The notes under the pieces were generated by a model, which made no database searches, was not told the origin of the DNA, and was given only the letters and a program-made list of their open reading frames with translations. Below, one piece after another: positions 6,925-15,623 of a stretch of 42,826 nucleotides of DNA. A program made the translations under genes and the position numbers. The stretch lies in the NCBI GenBank assembly GCA_030635485.1, contig DAOVYS010000001.1, positions 1 through 42,826 of the forward strand. The letters are read 5' to 3'. Within the stretch, counting starts at the first letter, position 1. Each line of letters begins with the position of its first letter. The DNA comes from Pseudomonadota bacterium. Lineage in GTDB: Bacteria > Desulfobacterota > Desulfobulbia > Desulfobulbales > DAOVYS01.

Positions 6925-9198
6925 TCAATCCTCTTCCTCGATAACTAAATTTATGCGGCGGTTGCGGATTTCGACACTTTCCACCTTTATGCGCACCAGG
7001 TCGCCGATCTGAAAGATTTTGCCGGTTCTCCTGCCGATGAGCCGATGGTTTTTTTCATCAAGCTGAAAGTAGTCTTCCTTGAGATTAGGCACAGACACGG
7101 CACCGCTCACAAAGAGGTCCAGAAGATCTATGAACAGGCCAAAGGAGGTTACGCCGGCAACGATTCCATCGTAGCATTCACCCACCTTGTCCGCCATGAA
7201 GCGTACCTTTATTCTATCGACCATTTCGCGTTCCGCATCAACCGCGACCCGTTCCCGCTTGGACAGAAAGATGCCTGCCTCTGTACTAGAAGGCTCTTCT
7301 TTTTTTGTCGGTTTTTTTGCGCGTGGCTCGCTGATCAGGCTGAAAAGAGCCCGGTGGACTATCAGGTCCGGGTAGCGCCTGATGGGTGACGTGAAATGGG
7401 TGTAATCCTCGGCAGCCAGACCGAAGTGGCCCACGTTATCCGGGGAGTAGCATGCCTGTTTCATGGCCCTTAAGAGCAGGTTGTTTACAATGAATTCTCT
7501 GGGCGTGCCGGCAGCCTGGGAGATGATTCTGCCGAACCAGCGGGGCGTCCCGGCGCCGGATGGCAGGTCTATGCCCAGCGTGGAGGCAAAATCGGAGAAT
7601 TCACTTACCTTGACAGGGTCGGGGTTTTCATGGATTCGGTAAAGCGTGTCACGGTTTTTTTCGGTAAACATCGCTGCAACCGCCTCATTTGCGGCAAGCA
7701 TGAATTCTTCGATCAACTTGTGGGCACGGTTTCGTTCCGTTTTAGTGATCCCGAGAAGTTCATCATCAGGACCGATCGAAATGTAGGTCTCGGGAAGTTC
7801 AAAACCGATGCTGCCCCTCTTCATCCGTTGCTGCTCAAGCCTGGCGGCAAGTTTCGCCATTAATTCGAGCTGTTTTGATATGTCCTTATACTGATTTTTT
7901 GTCTTTGGATCGTCATCTTCGATGATCTTTTTTACAATTGTGTAGGTCAGCCTGTGCCTGCTCCGGATAATGCTCTTTGTAAACTTTTTTTTCTTTCGTT
8001 TCCCGTTGTTGTCAAAATCGAGGATTGCGGAAAATGCCAGCCTGTCCTGATCCGGAACCAGGCTGCACAGGTCGTTTGAAAGCCGCTCCGGAAGCATGGG
8101 AAGGACCCTTGTCGGAAAATAGACGCTCGTGCCGCGTTTGTAGGCTTCAAGATCCAGCGGCGATCCGGGTTGCACATAATGGCTCACATCCGCAATAGAC
8201 ACAAAGAGGCGGAATCCGGTGCGGGTCTTTTTTACCGATACGGCATCGTCAAAATCCCGTGCGGTTTCGCCGTCAATCGTAACATGGGGAATATCCCTGA
8301 AATCGGTCCGTGACGGGTCTTCCGCAATCCGTCCATCCAGCTGTTCCACCTGTTTCAGCACCTTTGAACCAAATTTGTGCGGCAGGCCGAATTTTCTGAT
8401 CACGATTTCATTCTGGACCGCCAAATTGTCCGGGTCTCCCAGCACTTCGATTATCCGTCCTTTTGGATTGCGTGAAACACCTATAGTTTCAGGATCTTTG
8501 TCCGTGATTTCCGCCACAACGACCTGGCCGTTTTTGGCCCCGCACGACTGTTCCCTGTGGACAACGATGTTGAAGGTAAAACGGTCATCCTCCGGAACGA
8601 CCATTCCGGTCACCCTGCCGGCCACATAAGTGCCGACCAGAGTGGAGACCGCCCTGCTGATGACCCGGACAACCTTTGCCTCTATCCTGCCTCGCCTTTT
8701 GCCTGTGATCTGCAGCAGGACCCGGTCTTCATGTCTGGCTGTCGATATGGCCCTGGCCGGAATGAACAGGTCCTGTTCTATCTTCAGTCCCTTTGGAGGA
8801 TTTGTTACGGTCGCGAATGCAAACCCTCTGGGGTGCGCGGAAATAACCCCTTCAAGAAAATCCTGGGCTGTCCCTAATTTGTAAAAAAGGGTCTTGTCCG
8901 TTTTTTTAGGGTATTCCAAAGAGCGGCTGTCGGAAGTCACATCCACAAGAGTGAGCAGCCTGCGGTCGCACATATCTTTTAAAAGGTCCCTCAATTCCTT
9001 GCGAAGACCGCGTGCAAGATCAAGACTTGTCAGAATTTCCTTAAATGATGCCTGGCCGTCATTCATGCTTATAAAGCTTATGACCTCTTCTTCAGAGATC
9101 CGGCCTCCCTGTTTTCGGGAAAAGAACTGTTTTCTCTGTTTTTTTCGGGGCCGGCCTCCCTGCTTCTCTTTTTTTTTCGAGTATCGTCTGCGGGCCAT
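6925..9198 (-). CDS. rnr: Ribonuclease R.
   Basis: It has a basic N-terminus, cold-shock/OB regions, an RNB core (TIDGETARDFDDAVSV, VYFPTRVLPMLPE, HFGLAAEDYTHFTSPIRRYPDLIVHR) and a C-terminal S1 domain. I prefer the start MARRRYSKK at 9198, which has caGGAGAcagatATG; the track start at 9234 is TTG. Confidence 0.93.
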   Translation of the reverse strand: MARRRYSKKKEKQGGRPRKKQRKQFFSRKQGGRISEEEVISFISMNDGQASFKEILTSLDLARGLRKELRDLLKDMCDRRLLTLVDVTSDSRSLEYPKKTDKTLFYKLGTAQDFLEGVISAHPRGFAFATVTNPPKGLKIEQDLFIPARAISTARHEDRVLLQITGKRRGRIEAKVVRVISRAVSTLVGTYVAGRVTGMVVPEDDRFTFNIVVHREQSCGAKNGQVVVAEITDKDPETIGVSRNPKGRIIEVLGDPDNLAVQNEIVIRKFGLPHKFGSKVLKQVEQLDGRIAEDPSRTDFRDIPHVTIDGETARDFDDAVSVKKTRTGFRLFVSIADVSHYVQPGSPLDLEAYKRGTSVYFPTRVLPMLPERLSNDLCSLVPDQDRLAFSAILDFDNNGKRKKKKFTKSIIRSRHRLTYTIVKKIIEDDDPKTKNQYKDISKQLELMAKLAARLEQQRMKRGSIGFELPETYISIGPDDELLGITKTERNRAHKLIEEFMLAANEAVAAMFTEKNRDTLYRIHENPDPVKVSEFSDFASTLGIDLPSGAGTPRWFGRIISQAAGTPREFIVNNLLLRAMKQACYSPDNVGHFGLAAEDYTHFTSPIRRYPDLIVHRALFSLISEPRAKKPTKKEEPSSTEAGIFLSKRERVAVDAEREMVDRIKVRFMADKVGECYDGIVAGVTSFGLFIDLLDLFVSGAVSVPNLKEDYFQLDEKNHRLIGRRTGKIFQIGDLVRIKVESVEIRNRRINLVIEEED

Positions 9199-9409
9199 AT
9201 CTGTCTCCTGATTCAGACGACTTGCGCCGCCCAAAAATATTGATTACTCTAATAGAATAGATTTCGGGCTGGATTCTTCTTGAAATAGGACCACTATTCT
9301 CATAGAAAGGTATTATTCGGTTAAATCAACAAAAATAGTTTTTCTCAAAGAAAAAAAGTAGAAATTTCCTTCAGTTGAATCTCAAAATTATGGAACTCTA
9401 TTCTTAATC

Positions 9410-11518
9410 ATGCGAGCCGTAACATTTGACATGGACTCCTTCCGCCTCCGTATGGAGGAGCATCTGGGAGGCCCGGGCGGGGAGGCCGCTATTTTCTGGG
9501 AGGCCCTCTCCTTTGCAGAGGAGGCCCATTCGGGCCAGAAGCGCATGTCAGGGGAACCATATATCAGCCATCCCTGCCATGTTGCCCAAGTCCTGGTGGA
9601 GGAGTTGTATGTAAAGGATCCTGAGACCCTGGCCGCTGCTCTGCTTCATGACACGGTGGAAGATGTTCCCTCTGTGACCTGTGAGGATCTTGGAGCAAGA
9701 TTCGGCAAGAACATTGAAGAGATTGTGGAGGGATGCACCAAGATACGTCATTTTGCCGGAAACCGTCAGATATTCTATAATCTGGTACACCGAAAGATAT
9801 TTTCAGGTTCCGCCTCCCACATCGAGGTTATACTTGTCAAACTTGCGGACCGGCTTCACAATCTGAGGACCATGGATTCAATGCCCAAGAGAAAGCGGCA
9901 GAAAATCGCGGATGAAACCCTTGACATTTATGCCCCCATGGCCATGGTACTTGGGCTGTTTGCCCTGAAACGGGAGCTTTACGATCTTGCCCTGACGTAT
10001 AAGTTCCCCAAGCAGAGTAAAAACATCAAGGCAATAATCCGCCGGCACGGTAAAGATGAAAAGACGCTGGCGATCAGAAAGGCCTTGCAGGAGCAGATGG
10101 AGTCAGTCTGGTTTACATGTGATATTTTCGTGCGTCCCCGCCGGCTTTCCGCCTATTATAACTCTGCTAGAGGTGTGTTGACCAGGGAAATAGAAAATCC
10201 TGTTCAGATTATAATAGTTGTAGACGATATCCAGTCCTGCTACCGGGCTCTTGGGGTCCTGAACCAGAATTATCCACCCACGCCCAGGAGTATTCGTGAT
10301 TTTATAGCCAACCCGAAACCTACCGGTTATCAGAGCCTTCACGCCAAGGCAAATATCAGTGGGTCGAATTACCTTTTTAAGATAAGGACTCGTGAAATGC
10401 TCAGGTCTGCGCGGGCCGGAGTGATACGGGAGTGGTTTTCTCACGGCAAGGCGCCGACCGGTTTTGAGAAAGAGATACGGGAGATGTTTGATATTTTGGG
10501 AGGCGATGAAGAGATATCCTATAGGGCCATGATCGCGGCCAGCGGTAAAAAGGAAATATACACCTTTACGCCTAAGGGTAACCTGATATGTCTCCCTCGT
10601 GAGAGCACAGTACTTGATTTCGCATTCAAGGTCCATACCGAGATCGGCCTCAGGTGTGATTATGCCATAGTGTCCGGGAAAAGGGTTAAACCCGATCGCA
10701 TGCTCAGGGACGGGGACCGCGTGAATGTGATTTTAAGTGAGGAGCCGATTTATTTTGAACCGGCCATGCAGAAGCTCTGTCAGTCGCCCAGGGCGCGATC
10801 CGAACTGTCACGGATGTTCAGGCTGAGGCGTGAGACCTTTGAAAAGGACGTAGGCAGATCACTGATCATGCAGGAATTGAAGCGGAACGGCGTTCCTGTC
10901 GAGGCTGTGGAAAAGGAGGGAATGGCCTATATACTGGAGTATTTCGGCCATGAGAACCTGGAAGATCTGTTTTTGCATGTGGGCGACGGCAGGCTTGGAC
11001 TCAGCGAACTCGTCTACGAGATTAAGAACGGCCTCTATTCAGGAGGCGCCGTCCTGCAACCGCCGACCGGCACATTGAATCGGATTGAGCTTACCAATCT
11101 GGACCCGGTCTGCATTAAATTTTCCAAGTGCTGTAATCCTCTGCCAACCGAGAAGGGATTGTTCGGCGTACCGACGGAACGTAGATTGTCTGTTCACAAG
11201 GGGGAGTGCAAGGAGTTCCGGTCTCTGAAGTTTCAGAGGGAAGATGTGGTTGAATTGCGATGGCAGTTGAAAAAGACCGTAGTTCGAGAACCCCAGACCA
11301 TTTTTTTCCTGGCCGTGTCAAAGGGCAGGCTCATGATGACACTTGGCGCAGCCCCTGACAATATGGAGATTAAGGAGATCATGTCTTTCCATAAGCCCCG
11401 CGATGAAAGGCCTGACTGGGAAGTCAGGTTCCGGGTGGAAAATCTGTGGGTTTTGAAGAACGTGCTCTCTTTTTTTGAAAAGAGCGGACTGATATATGAA
11501 TTCGTCTTGGATATGTAA
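9410..11518 (+). CDS. RelA/SpoT homologue (RSH) protein with HD hydrolase, RelA_SpoT-like, TGS and C-terminal regulatory domains.
   Basis: The HD motif is HSGQKRMSGEPYISHP...LLHDTVED. The synthetase-like region is DFIANPKPTGYQSLHA...KIRT. The TGS region is IYTFTPKGNLICLPRESTVLDFAFKVHTEIG. Confidence 0.9.
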   Translation: MRAVTFDMDSFRLRMEEHLGGPGGEAAIFWEALSFAEEAHSGQKRMSGEPYISHPCHVAQVLVEELYVKDPETLAAALLHDTVEDVPSVTCEDLGARFGKNIEEIVEGCTKIRHFAGNRQIFYNLVHRKIFSGSASHIEVILVKLADRLHNLRTMDSMPKRKRQKIADETLDIYAPMAMVLGLFALKRELYDLALTYKFPKQSKNIKAIIRRHGKDEKTLAIRKALQEQMESVWFTCDIFVRPRRLSAYYNSARGVLTREIENPVQIIIVVDDIQSCYRALGVLNQNYPPTPRSIRDFIANPKPTGYQSLHAKANISGSNYLFKIRTREMLRSARAGVIREWFSHGKAPTGFEKEIREMFDILGGDEEISYRAMIAASGKKEIYTFTPKGNLICLPRESTVLDFAFKVHTEIGLRCDYAIVSGKRVKPDRMLRDGDRVNVILSEEPIYFEPAMQKLCQSPRARSELSRMFRLRRETFEKDVGRSLIMQELKRNGVPVEAVEKEGMAYILEYFGHENLEDLFLHVGDGRLGLSELVYEIKNGLYSGGAVLQPPTGTLNRIELTNLDPVCIKFSKCCNPLPTEKGLFGVPTERRLSVHKGECKEFRSLKFQREDVVELRWQLKKTVVREPQTIFFLAVSKGRLMMTLGAAPDNMEIKEIMSFHKPRDERPDWEVRFRVENLWVLKNVLSFFEKSGLIYEFVLDM

Positions 11519-11645
11519 ATTTGTGTTTGTCCGAAAATGGCGCTTTTAGGGATCAGGGGTCAGCAAAAACAACAAAAAAATCAATCCGTTACCCCGATCC
11601 CTGACCCCTCCGTCCATAAATACCATTTCCGGACGGACACAAATT
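11519..11645 (-). repeat. Family A palindromic repeat, copy A2 (inverted relative to A1, A3, A4 and A5).
   Basis: The outer arms are TGTGTTTGTCCGAAAATGG / CCATTTCCGGACGGACACA. The core GGGGTCAGCAAAAACAACAAAAAAATCAATCCGTTACC is the reverse complement of the core in the other copies. Confidence 0.88.
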
Positions 11646-11651
11646 AACCTC

Positions 11652-12467
11652 TCAGGCCCTCCGAACGATGATGGAGTCCCGGCTTGAAACAGCTGTTGCA
11701 GCCACGGCAAAGTCCTCGTGGAATCCAGTTGCCGCGCTGAATATTTTTTTCTCTTCACAGCAGCCATCCTGCCCGCTGTAAATAAAATCAAGAATTAGAC
11801 CTTTTTTTATTGTGCCGGATGCCTTTATCAGTCTCAATTCCATGAATCCCATCAGGGGAGTGAGGAAAAAAGTTTTTCTGAATGCCTCCTTGGCCGACCA
11901 GAGGAGTGTAAGCCTTGTAGCGGCGTCTATTTTTGCAATTTGTCCGCATTGTGTGAGAATCGTATTTTCTTCCGGATGCACAAATTTTTCCTTTACCCTT
12001 GTTACCGTGGATGAGATTTTTTGGATATCGATTCCGCACGGCGACGATGCCGCCATTGCCACTGCCAACCCTTTGCTGTGCGAAATTGAGATATAATAAG
12101 GCGCCGGTTTTTTTATGGGCGTGCTTGATGATTCAATAAACGGCCTGTTGTTTTGGTCCGGGACTACAGACCATTTGAGCCAGTTTGTCAATTTTTTGGG
12201 GTGGTCGGGCGAGAGCAGCCTCATAACTGCATGTTTGGCTGCTATCCTGCCTCCCAGCCATTCAAGTTTCCGTTTCTCGTATTTGAATTTACGAAAGCGC
12301 CTCAGTTCCAGGGGCGTGAGATAAGTCCCGGCCTCCAAGAGTCGCATGCGGAGTCCATCCAGGTTGACCACTGATATCGTATGCCCGCCTGAAAGAGAGG
12401 AGAGTGTTTTTAGTCCGAAATTCAATGATTCCAGATTCAGATCATCTGCAGGCATCAGCGTTTTCAT
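11652..12467 (-). CDS. 4'-phosphopantetheinyl transferase, Sfp-type family.
   Basis: Motifs seen are LELRRFRKFKYEKRKLEWLGGRIAAKHA, ISISHSKGLAVA, CGIDIQ and LLWSAKEAFRK. Confidence 0.75.
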   Translation of the reverse strand: MKTLMPADDLNLESLNFGLKTLSSLSGGHTISVVNLDGLRMRLLEAGTYLTPLELRRFRKFKYEKRKLEWLGGRIAAKHAVMRLLSPDHPKKLTNWLKWSVVPDQNNRPFIESSSTPIKKPAPYYISISHSKGLAVAMAASSPCGIDIQKISSTVTRVKEKFVHPEENTILTQCGQIAKIDAATRLTLLWSAKEAFRKTFFLTPLMGFMELRLIKASGTIKKGLILDFIYSGQDGCCEEKKIFSAATGFHEDFAVAATAVSSRDSIIVRRA

Positions 12468-12483
12468 TTATTCCGGCAAAAAA

Positions 12484-12575
12484 TAGTGGTCAGGGGTCGG
12501 GGGGGCAGGGTTACGGAATGATTTTTTTGTTGTTTCTGCTGGCCCCCTAAAGGGCCATTTATAGATGGACACTAG
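12484..12575 (+). repeat. Family A palindromic repeat, copy A3 (left outer arm missing or overlapped by the PPTase start region).
   Basis: The sequence is GGTCAGGGGTCGGGGGGGCAGGGTTACGGAATGATTTTTTTGTTGTTTCTGCTGG...GGGCCATTTATAGATGGACACTAGC. Confidence 0.82.
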
Positions 12576-12687
12576 CTAAAACCACCGAACTGTAATTATT
12601 CTGCAGCGCTTCATAGGGAGGCAAGCAGGTTGATCAGCTATACATCATCAGTATGCTGGGCGACAGGGAGTGCTGCTGAATAGTTAC
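12573..12687. repeat. Family G repeat, copy G1.
   Basis: TAGCTAAAACCACCGAACTGTAA (12573-12595) recurs inverted at 41975-41997. GCTGAATAGTTAC (12675-12687) recurs at 42012-42024. The arms GTAATTATTCTGCAGC / GCTGCTGAATAGTTAC can pair. Confidence 0.65.
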
Positions 12688-14952
12688 CTACTTTTTATCT
12701 AAAACCTGTCGTATCTTCTTGAGCATGTTTGTCAACTGATATGGTTTGCCGATAAAATCCTTAGCGCCCGATTTCAGAAGTTCCTTGATGTTTTTGTCAG
12801 CCGAATACCCGGAGGCAATGATAACCTTTATGTCCGGGGAAATTTTGAGAAGTTTGTTCAGGCACTTATAGCCTCCCATTCCCGGCATGCCTATGTCCAG
12901 TATTACCAGATCTATTCGCTCTTTTTCCCTTTTATATATTTCAATCGCCTTTTCTCCCGATTTTGCCGCGATGGTCGTGTAACCACTCTCACCCAATATA
13001 TCCTGTCCGAGATTGAGCAAGGTCTTATCATCATCGACCAGTAGAACGGTTTCGCTTCCGCTGACAATTTTCTGCTCTTTGCTCTCTGATGCCTGCTCCC
13101 TGGTTTTTTCTTCCAGCGCCGGCAAATAGATACTGAAGGTGGTGCCCTGATTTAGTTCGCTGTAGCATGAGATATGGCCGTCGTGGTTTTTCACAATGCC
13201 ATAGGCCATGGACAGGCCCAGACCGGTGCCCTTGCCTATTCCCTTGGTGGTAAAGAAAGGTTCGAAAATATGTTTTACGGTCTCCTGATCCATGCCGCAG
13301 CCGGTATCTGAAACAGTCATGAGAATGTAGGCGCCTGTTTTGATTTGAACAGCTTTACAATATCTTTTGCCCAGCATGACGTTTTCTGTTTGAAAGGTCA
13401 GTCTGCCGCCGTCAGGCATGGAGTCCTTTGCATTGATCCCCAGATTCATAATTATCTGTTCAAGCTGAACAGGGTCCGCGTTGATTGTTTTCAGGTCATT
13501 GTCAAGATGCGTTTCTATGCTGATCATCTTGGGAATAGTCCTTTCAAGCAGCTTAGAGGCATGCGCAATTTCATGGTTAAGATCGACCGGTCTCGGTTTG
13601 CTCTTCACCTTTCGGCTGAACATAAGAAGTTGTTTGGTCAGTTCGGCGGCTCTGTGGGCGGATTGTTTAATAGCTTCCAGCTTATCACGGTCCGGATCAT
13701 TTGTCTTTTTTTTCAATAAAAGAAGCTGGGTGTAGCCGGAGATGGCCTGGAGAATGTTGTTAAAGTCATGGGCAATGCCACCTGCAAGTGTTCCAACAGC
13801 TTCTATCTTCTGGGCTTGAAGGAGTTGGGATTCAAGGCGTTTTTGCCCGGTGATATCGCGGATTATGGTCTGATATCCCAGAATAGTTCCGTTGTCGCTC
13901 CTCAGGAGAGTCGCTGTGAGCAGACAGTCCAACAGTGTTTCGTCCTTTTTGCGGAATTTGACTTCATAGTCTTTGACAGAGCCTGTTTTCTCTATAACTC
14001 CCTGAAATCGGCGCCTGTCATCCGGATTTACATATATCTCACTTACATTCAGCTTTGTTATTTCTTTTTTGCTATAACCAAACAGGGTAAGGGCGGATTG
14101 GTTGGCGTCAGTGAATCTGTCCTCTCTGCTGGTTATAGTCAGCGCGTCTTTGGAGTTTTCAAAAAGGGTGCGGTATTTCTGTTCATTTTTCCGCACTGCC
14201 TCCTCTGCCCGTTCGCGCTCAGCTATCTCCTGCTTCAGAAGAGCATTGGCGTTTGTAAGCTCTGCTGTTCGTTCCTTAACCCGGATTTCCAGCTCGTCGC
14301 GGGCCTTTTCCAGATCCTTTTCGACCCGCTTGCGCTCGGCGATTTCTTCGGATATATCCTCAATCATACGGTTTGTAAGTTTTTTCAGGGATTCCAGCAG
14401 CTCTACATGAGAACCCCCTGATACCCTGGCAGTGAGGTCGCCTTTTGAGACCTTATGCAGCACATCGAAGTGCTCGGCAAGACCTATGGCAAACTCATGG
14501 GACAGATCAACGATTTCCCCGAGGTTTTCCGCAGTCAGATTGATCATATGTTTTAATCTGGCAATCAGCTCAAGGTCCGAGGTCTCGGATATTCTTACAG
14601 AAGGATCACCTGAAGAGATCTCTTTTAACGCTTCAAATGCCTCGGATAAACCCTGGGTCAACTCCGTCTTGATGCCTTCCAGCTCCCTGTCCCGTTCCTC
14701 AACACTTTTTTTGAATTTCCTGAATTGCCGGTTTGTCAGCTTTAACGTTGTTTCCAGAGAATCGACGTCAATGTTTGCCTTAAATGGCTCGCATTCAAGG
14801 CACATCTCCATCTTATCCAGGAACATTCCCTGGATTTCGTTTCTGCAATGGGTCCCTGGGATGAGCCAGCAATTCAGCTCCTTTGACCGGTAAACCGGAC
14901 ATTCCTTCTCGTTACATTCAAAAAAATCCCAGCATTTTATCTTGTTTTTCAC
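12688..14952 (-). CDS. Hybrid sensor histidine kinase. Domain order: Cys-rich two-CW N-terminus, HAMP-like/coiled coil, PAS, HisKA, HATPase_c, receiver.
   Basis: The N-terminus reads KCWDFFECNEKECPV...NCWLIPGTHC. The H-box is GGIAHDFNNIL, followed by N/G boxes (NLGINAKDSMP, DTGCGM, GTGLGLS) and a C-terminal REC (VLLVDDD...DLVILDIGMPGMGG...KP). The start is GTG with a GGAG SD. Confidence 0.9.
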   Translation of the reverse strand: MKNKIKCWDFFECNEKECPVYRSKELNCWLIPGTHCRNEIQGMFLDKMEMCLECEPFKANIDVDSLETTLKLTNRQFRKFKKSVEERDRELEGIKTELTQGLSEAFEALKEISSGDPSVRISETSDLELIARLKHMINLTAENLGEIVDLSHEFAIGLAEHFDVLHKVSKGDLTARVSGGSHVELLESLKKLTNRMIEDISEEIAERKRVEKDLEKARDELEIRVKERTAELTNANALLKQEIAERERAEEAVRKNEQKYRTLFENSKDALTITSREDRFTDANQSALTLFGYSKKEITKLNVSEIYVNPDDRRRFQGVIEKTGSVKDYEVKFRKKDETLLDCLLTATLLRSDNGTILGYQTIIRDITGQKRLESQLLQAQKIEAVGTLAGGIAHDFNNILQAISGYTQLLLLKKKTNDPDRDKLEAIKQSAHRAAELTKQLLMFSRKVKSKPRPVDLNHEIAHASKLLERTIPKMISIETHLDNDLKTINADPVQLEQIIMNLGINAKDSMPDGGRLTFQTENVMLGKRYCKAVQIKTGAYILMTVSDTGCGMDQETVKHIFEPFFTTKGIGKGTGLGLSMAYGIVKNHDGHISCYSELNQGTTFSIYLPALEEKTREQASESKEQKIVSGSETVLLVDDDKTLLNLGQDILGESGYTTIAAKSGEKAIEIYKREKERIDLVILDIGMPGMGGYKCLNKLLKISPDIKVIIASGYSADKNIKELLKSGAKDFIGKPYQLTNMLKKIRQVLDKK

Positions 14953-15072
14953 GGCTCAGACTCCATCATCATCATTTCTTTTTATATTGACATTGGGATT
15001 GAGAGAAATCAATATTTCATATATATATTTATATGGCAAGCGGCTCAACAGTAATTAATCTCGAAAATGTCT

Positions 15073-15133
15073 CACTGGTAAACGCTTACATGCCTGGGGT
15101 CCCAGTAAGTTCGTACCCTTGTTGAACGCTTAC
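15073..15133. repeat. Family B structured repeat, copy B1 (3' module only).
   Basis: CACTGGTAAACGCTTACATGCCTGGGGTCCCAGTAAGTTCGTACCCTTGTTGAACGCTTAC is nearly identical to the 3' modules of B4 and B6. Confidence 0.8.
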
Positions 15134-15175
15134 TGTTTTTTATAGAGTTTAATCCGTGTATGGGAGTAGTGAATC

Positions 15176-15403
15176 ATGTGTCTTGCAATACCTTCCAGGA
15201 TAGTCAGTATCAAAGATGATATGGGAACTATAGATGTTGACGGAGTAAAGAGAGAGGTGAGTCTGCTCCTTCTTGAAGATCCCAAGGTTGGAGAATACGT
15301 GATAGTTCACGCTGGATTTGCCATTAACAAGATTGACGAAACAGCTGCACAGGAGTCCCTTCGGATTTTACGGGAAGTGTTGATTCTTGCGGAAGAAAGC
15401 TAG
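15176..15403 (+). CDS. hypC: [NiFe]-hydrogenase maturation chaperone HypC/HybG/HupF.
   Basis: It has the MCLAIPSRIV N-terminus with the invariant Cys2, is 75 aa long, and has a GGGAG SD. Confidence 0.9.
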   Translation: MCLAIPSRIVSIKDDMGTIDVDGVKREVSLLLLEDPKVGEYVIVHAGFAINKIDETAAQESLRILREVLILAEES

Positions 15404-15462
15404 GCCTGCCCTTTACCCATTGGTCAGTGCATGGATAATTTTATTCCCCAAAGGGGAAATGA

Positions 15463-15623
15463 CGTATAGCCGGTGTGCTTCAGCCACCGGTATGGGGTGC
15501 GTACAGTGGATCGTCCTGAAGGGACGATGCATTCCCGTGGCCGATCTCCCTCAAAACGTCGTCCCTTCAGGACTGATATGTTTGGTTGTCCGTTACCGGT
15601 GGCTGAAGCACACCGGCTATACG
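15463..15623. repeat. Palindromic element with perfect 30-bp terminal inverted repeats, between hypC and hypF.
   Basis: CGTATAGCCGGTGTGCTTCAGCCACCGGTA (15463-15492) is the exact reverse complement of TACCGGTGGCTGAAGCACACCGGCTATACG (15594-15623). A nested inverted repeat is GTCCTGAAGGGAC / GTCCCTTCAGGAC. Confidence 0.9.

Noticed and set aside
9235-9409. Three CTATTCT / AGAATAG motifs in the rnr/RSH divergent region as regulator sites.
   Set aside because: The 7-mer is short and lies in an AT-rich region, so it could arise by chance. There is no clear dyad symmetry or spacing pattern, so I kept it only as a note.
11546-11791. An 81-aa minus-strand ORF overlapping the PPTase 3' end.
   Set aside because: It starts inside repeat A2 and overlaps the better-supported PPTase frame.
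13345-14893. Long plus-strand ORFs (13345..13719, 13768..14421, 14102..14410, 14432..14893).
   Set aside because: They are antisense to the hybrid histidine kinase, whose H, N, G and REC motifs are all intact. Their Ser/Leu/Phe-rich composition is typical of antisense frames.
14987-15015. TTGACA-N17-CAATAT upstream of hypC as a promoter.
   Set aside because: The -10 match is weak, and the family B1 repeat lies between it and hypC. That is insufficient support to list it as a feature.
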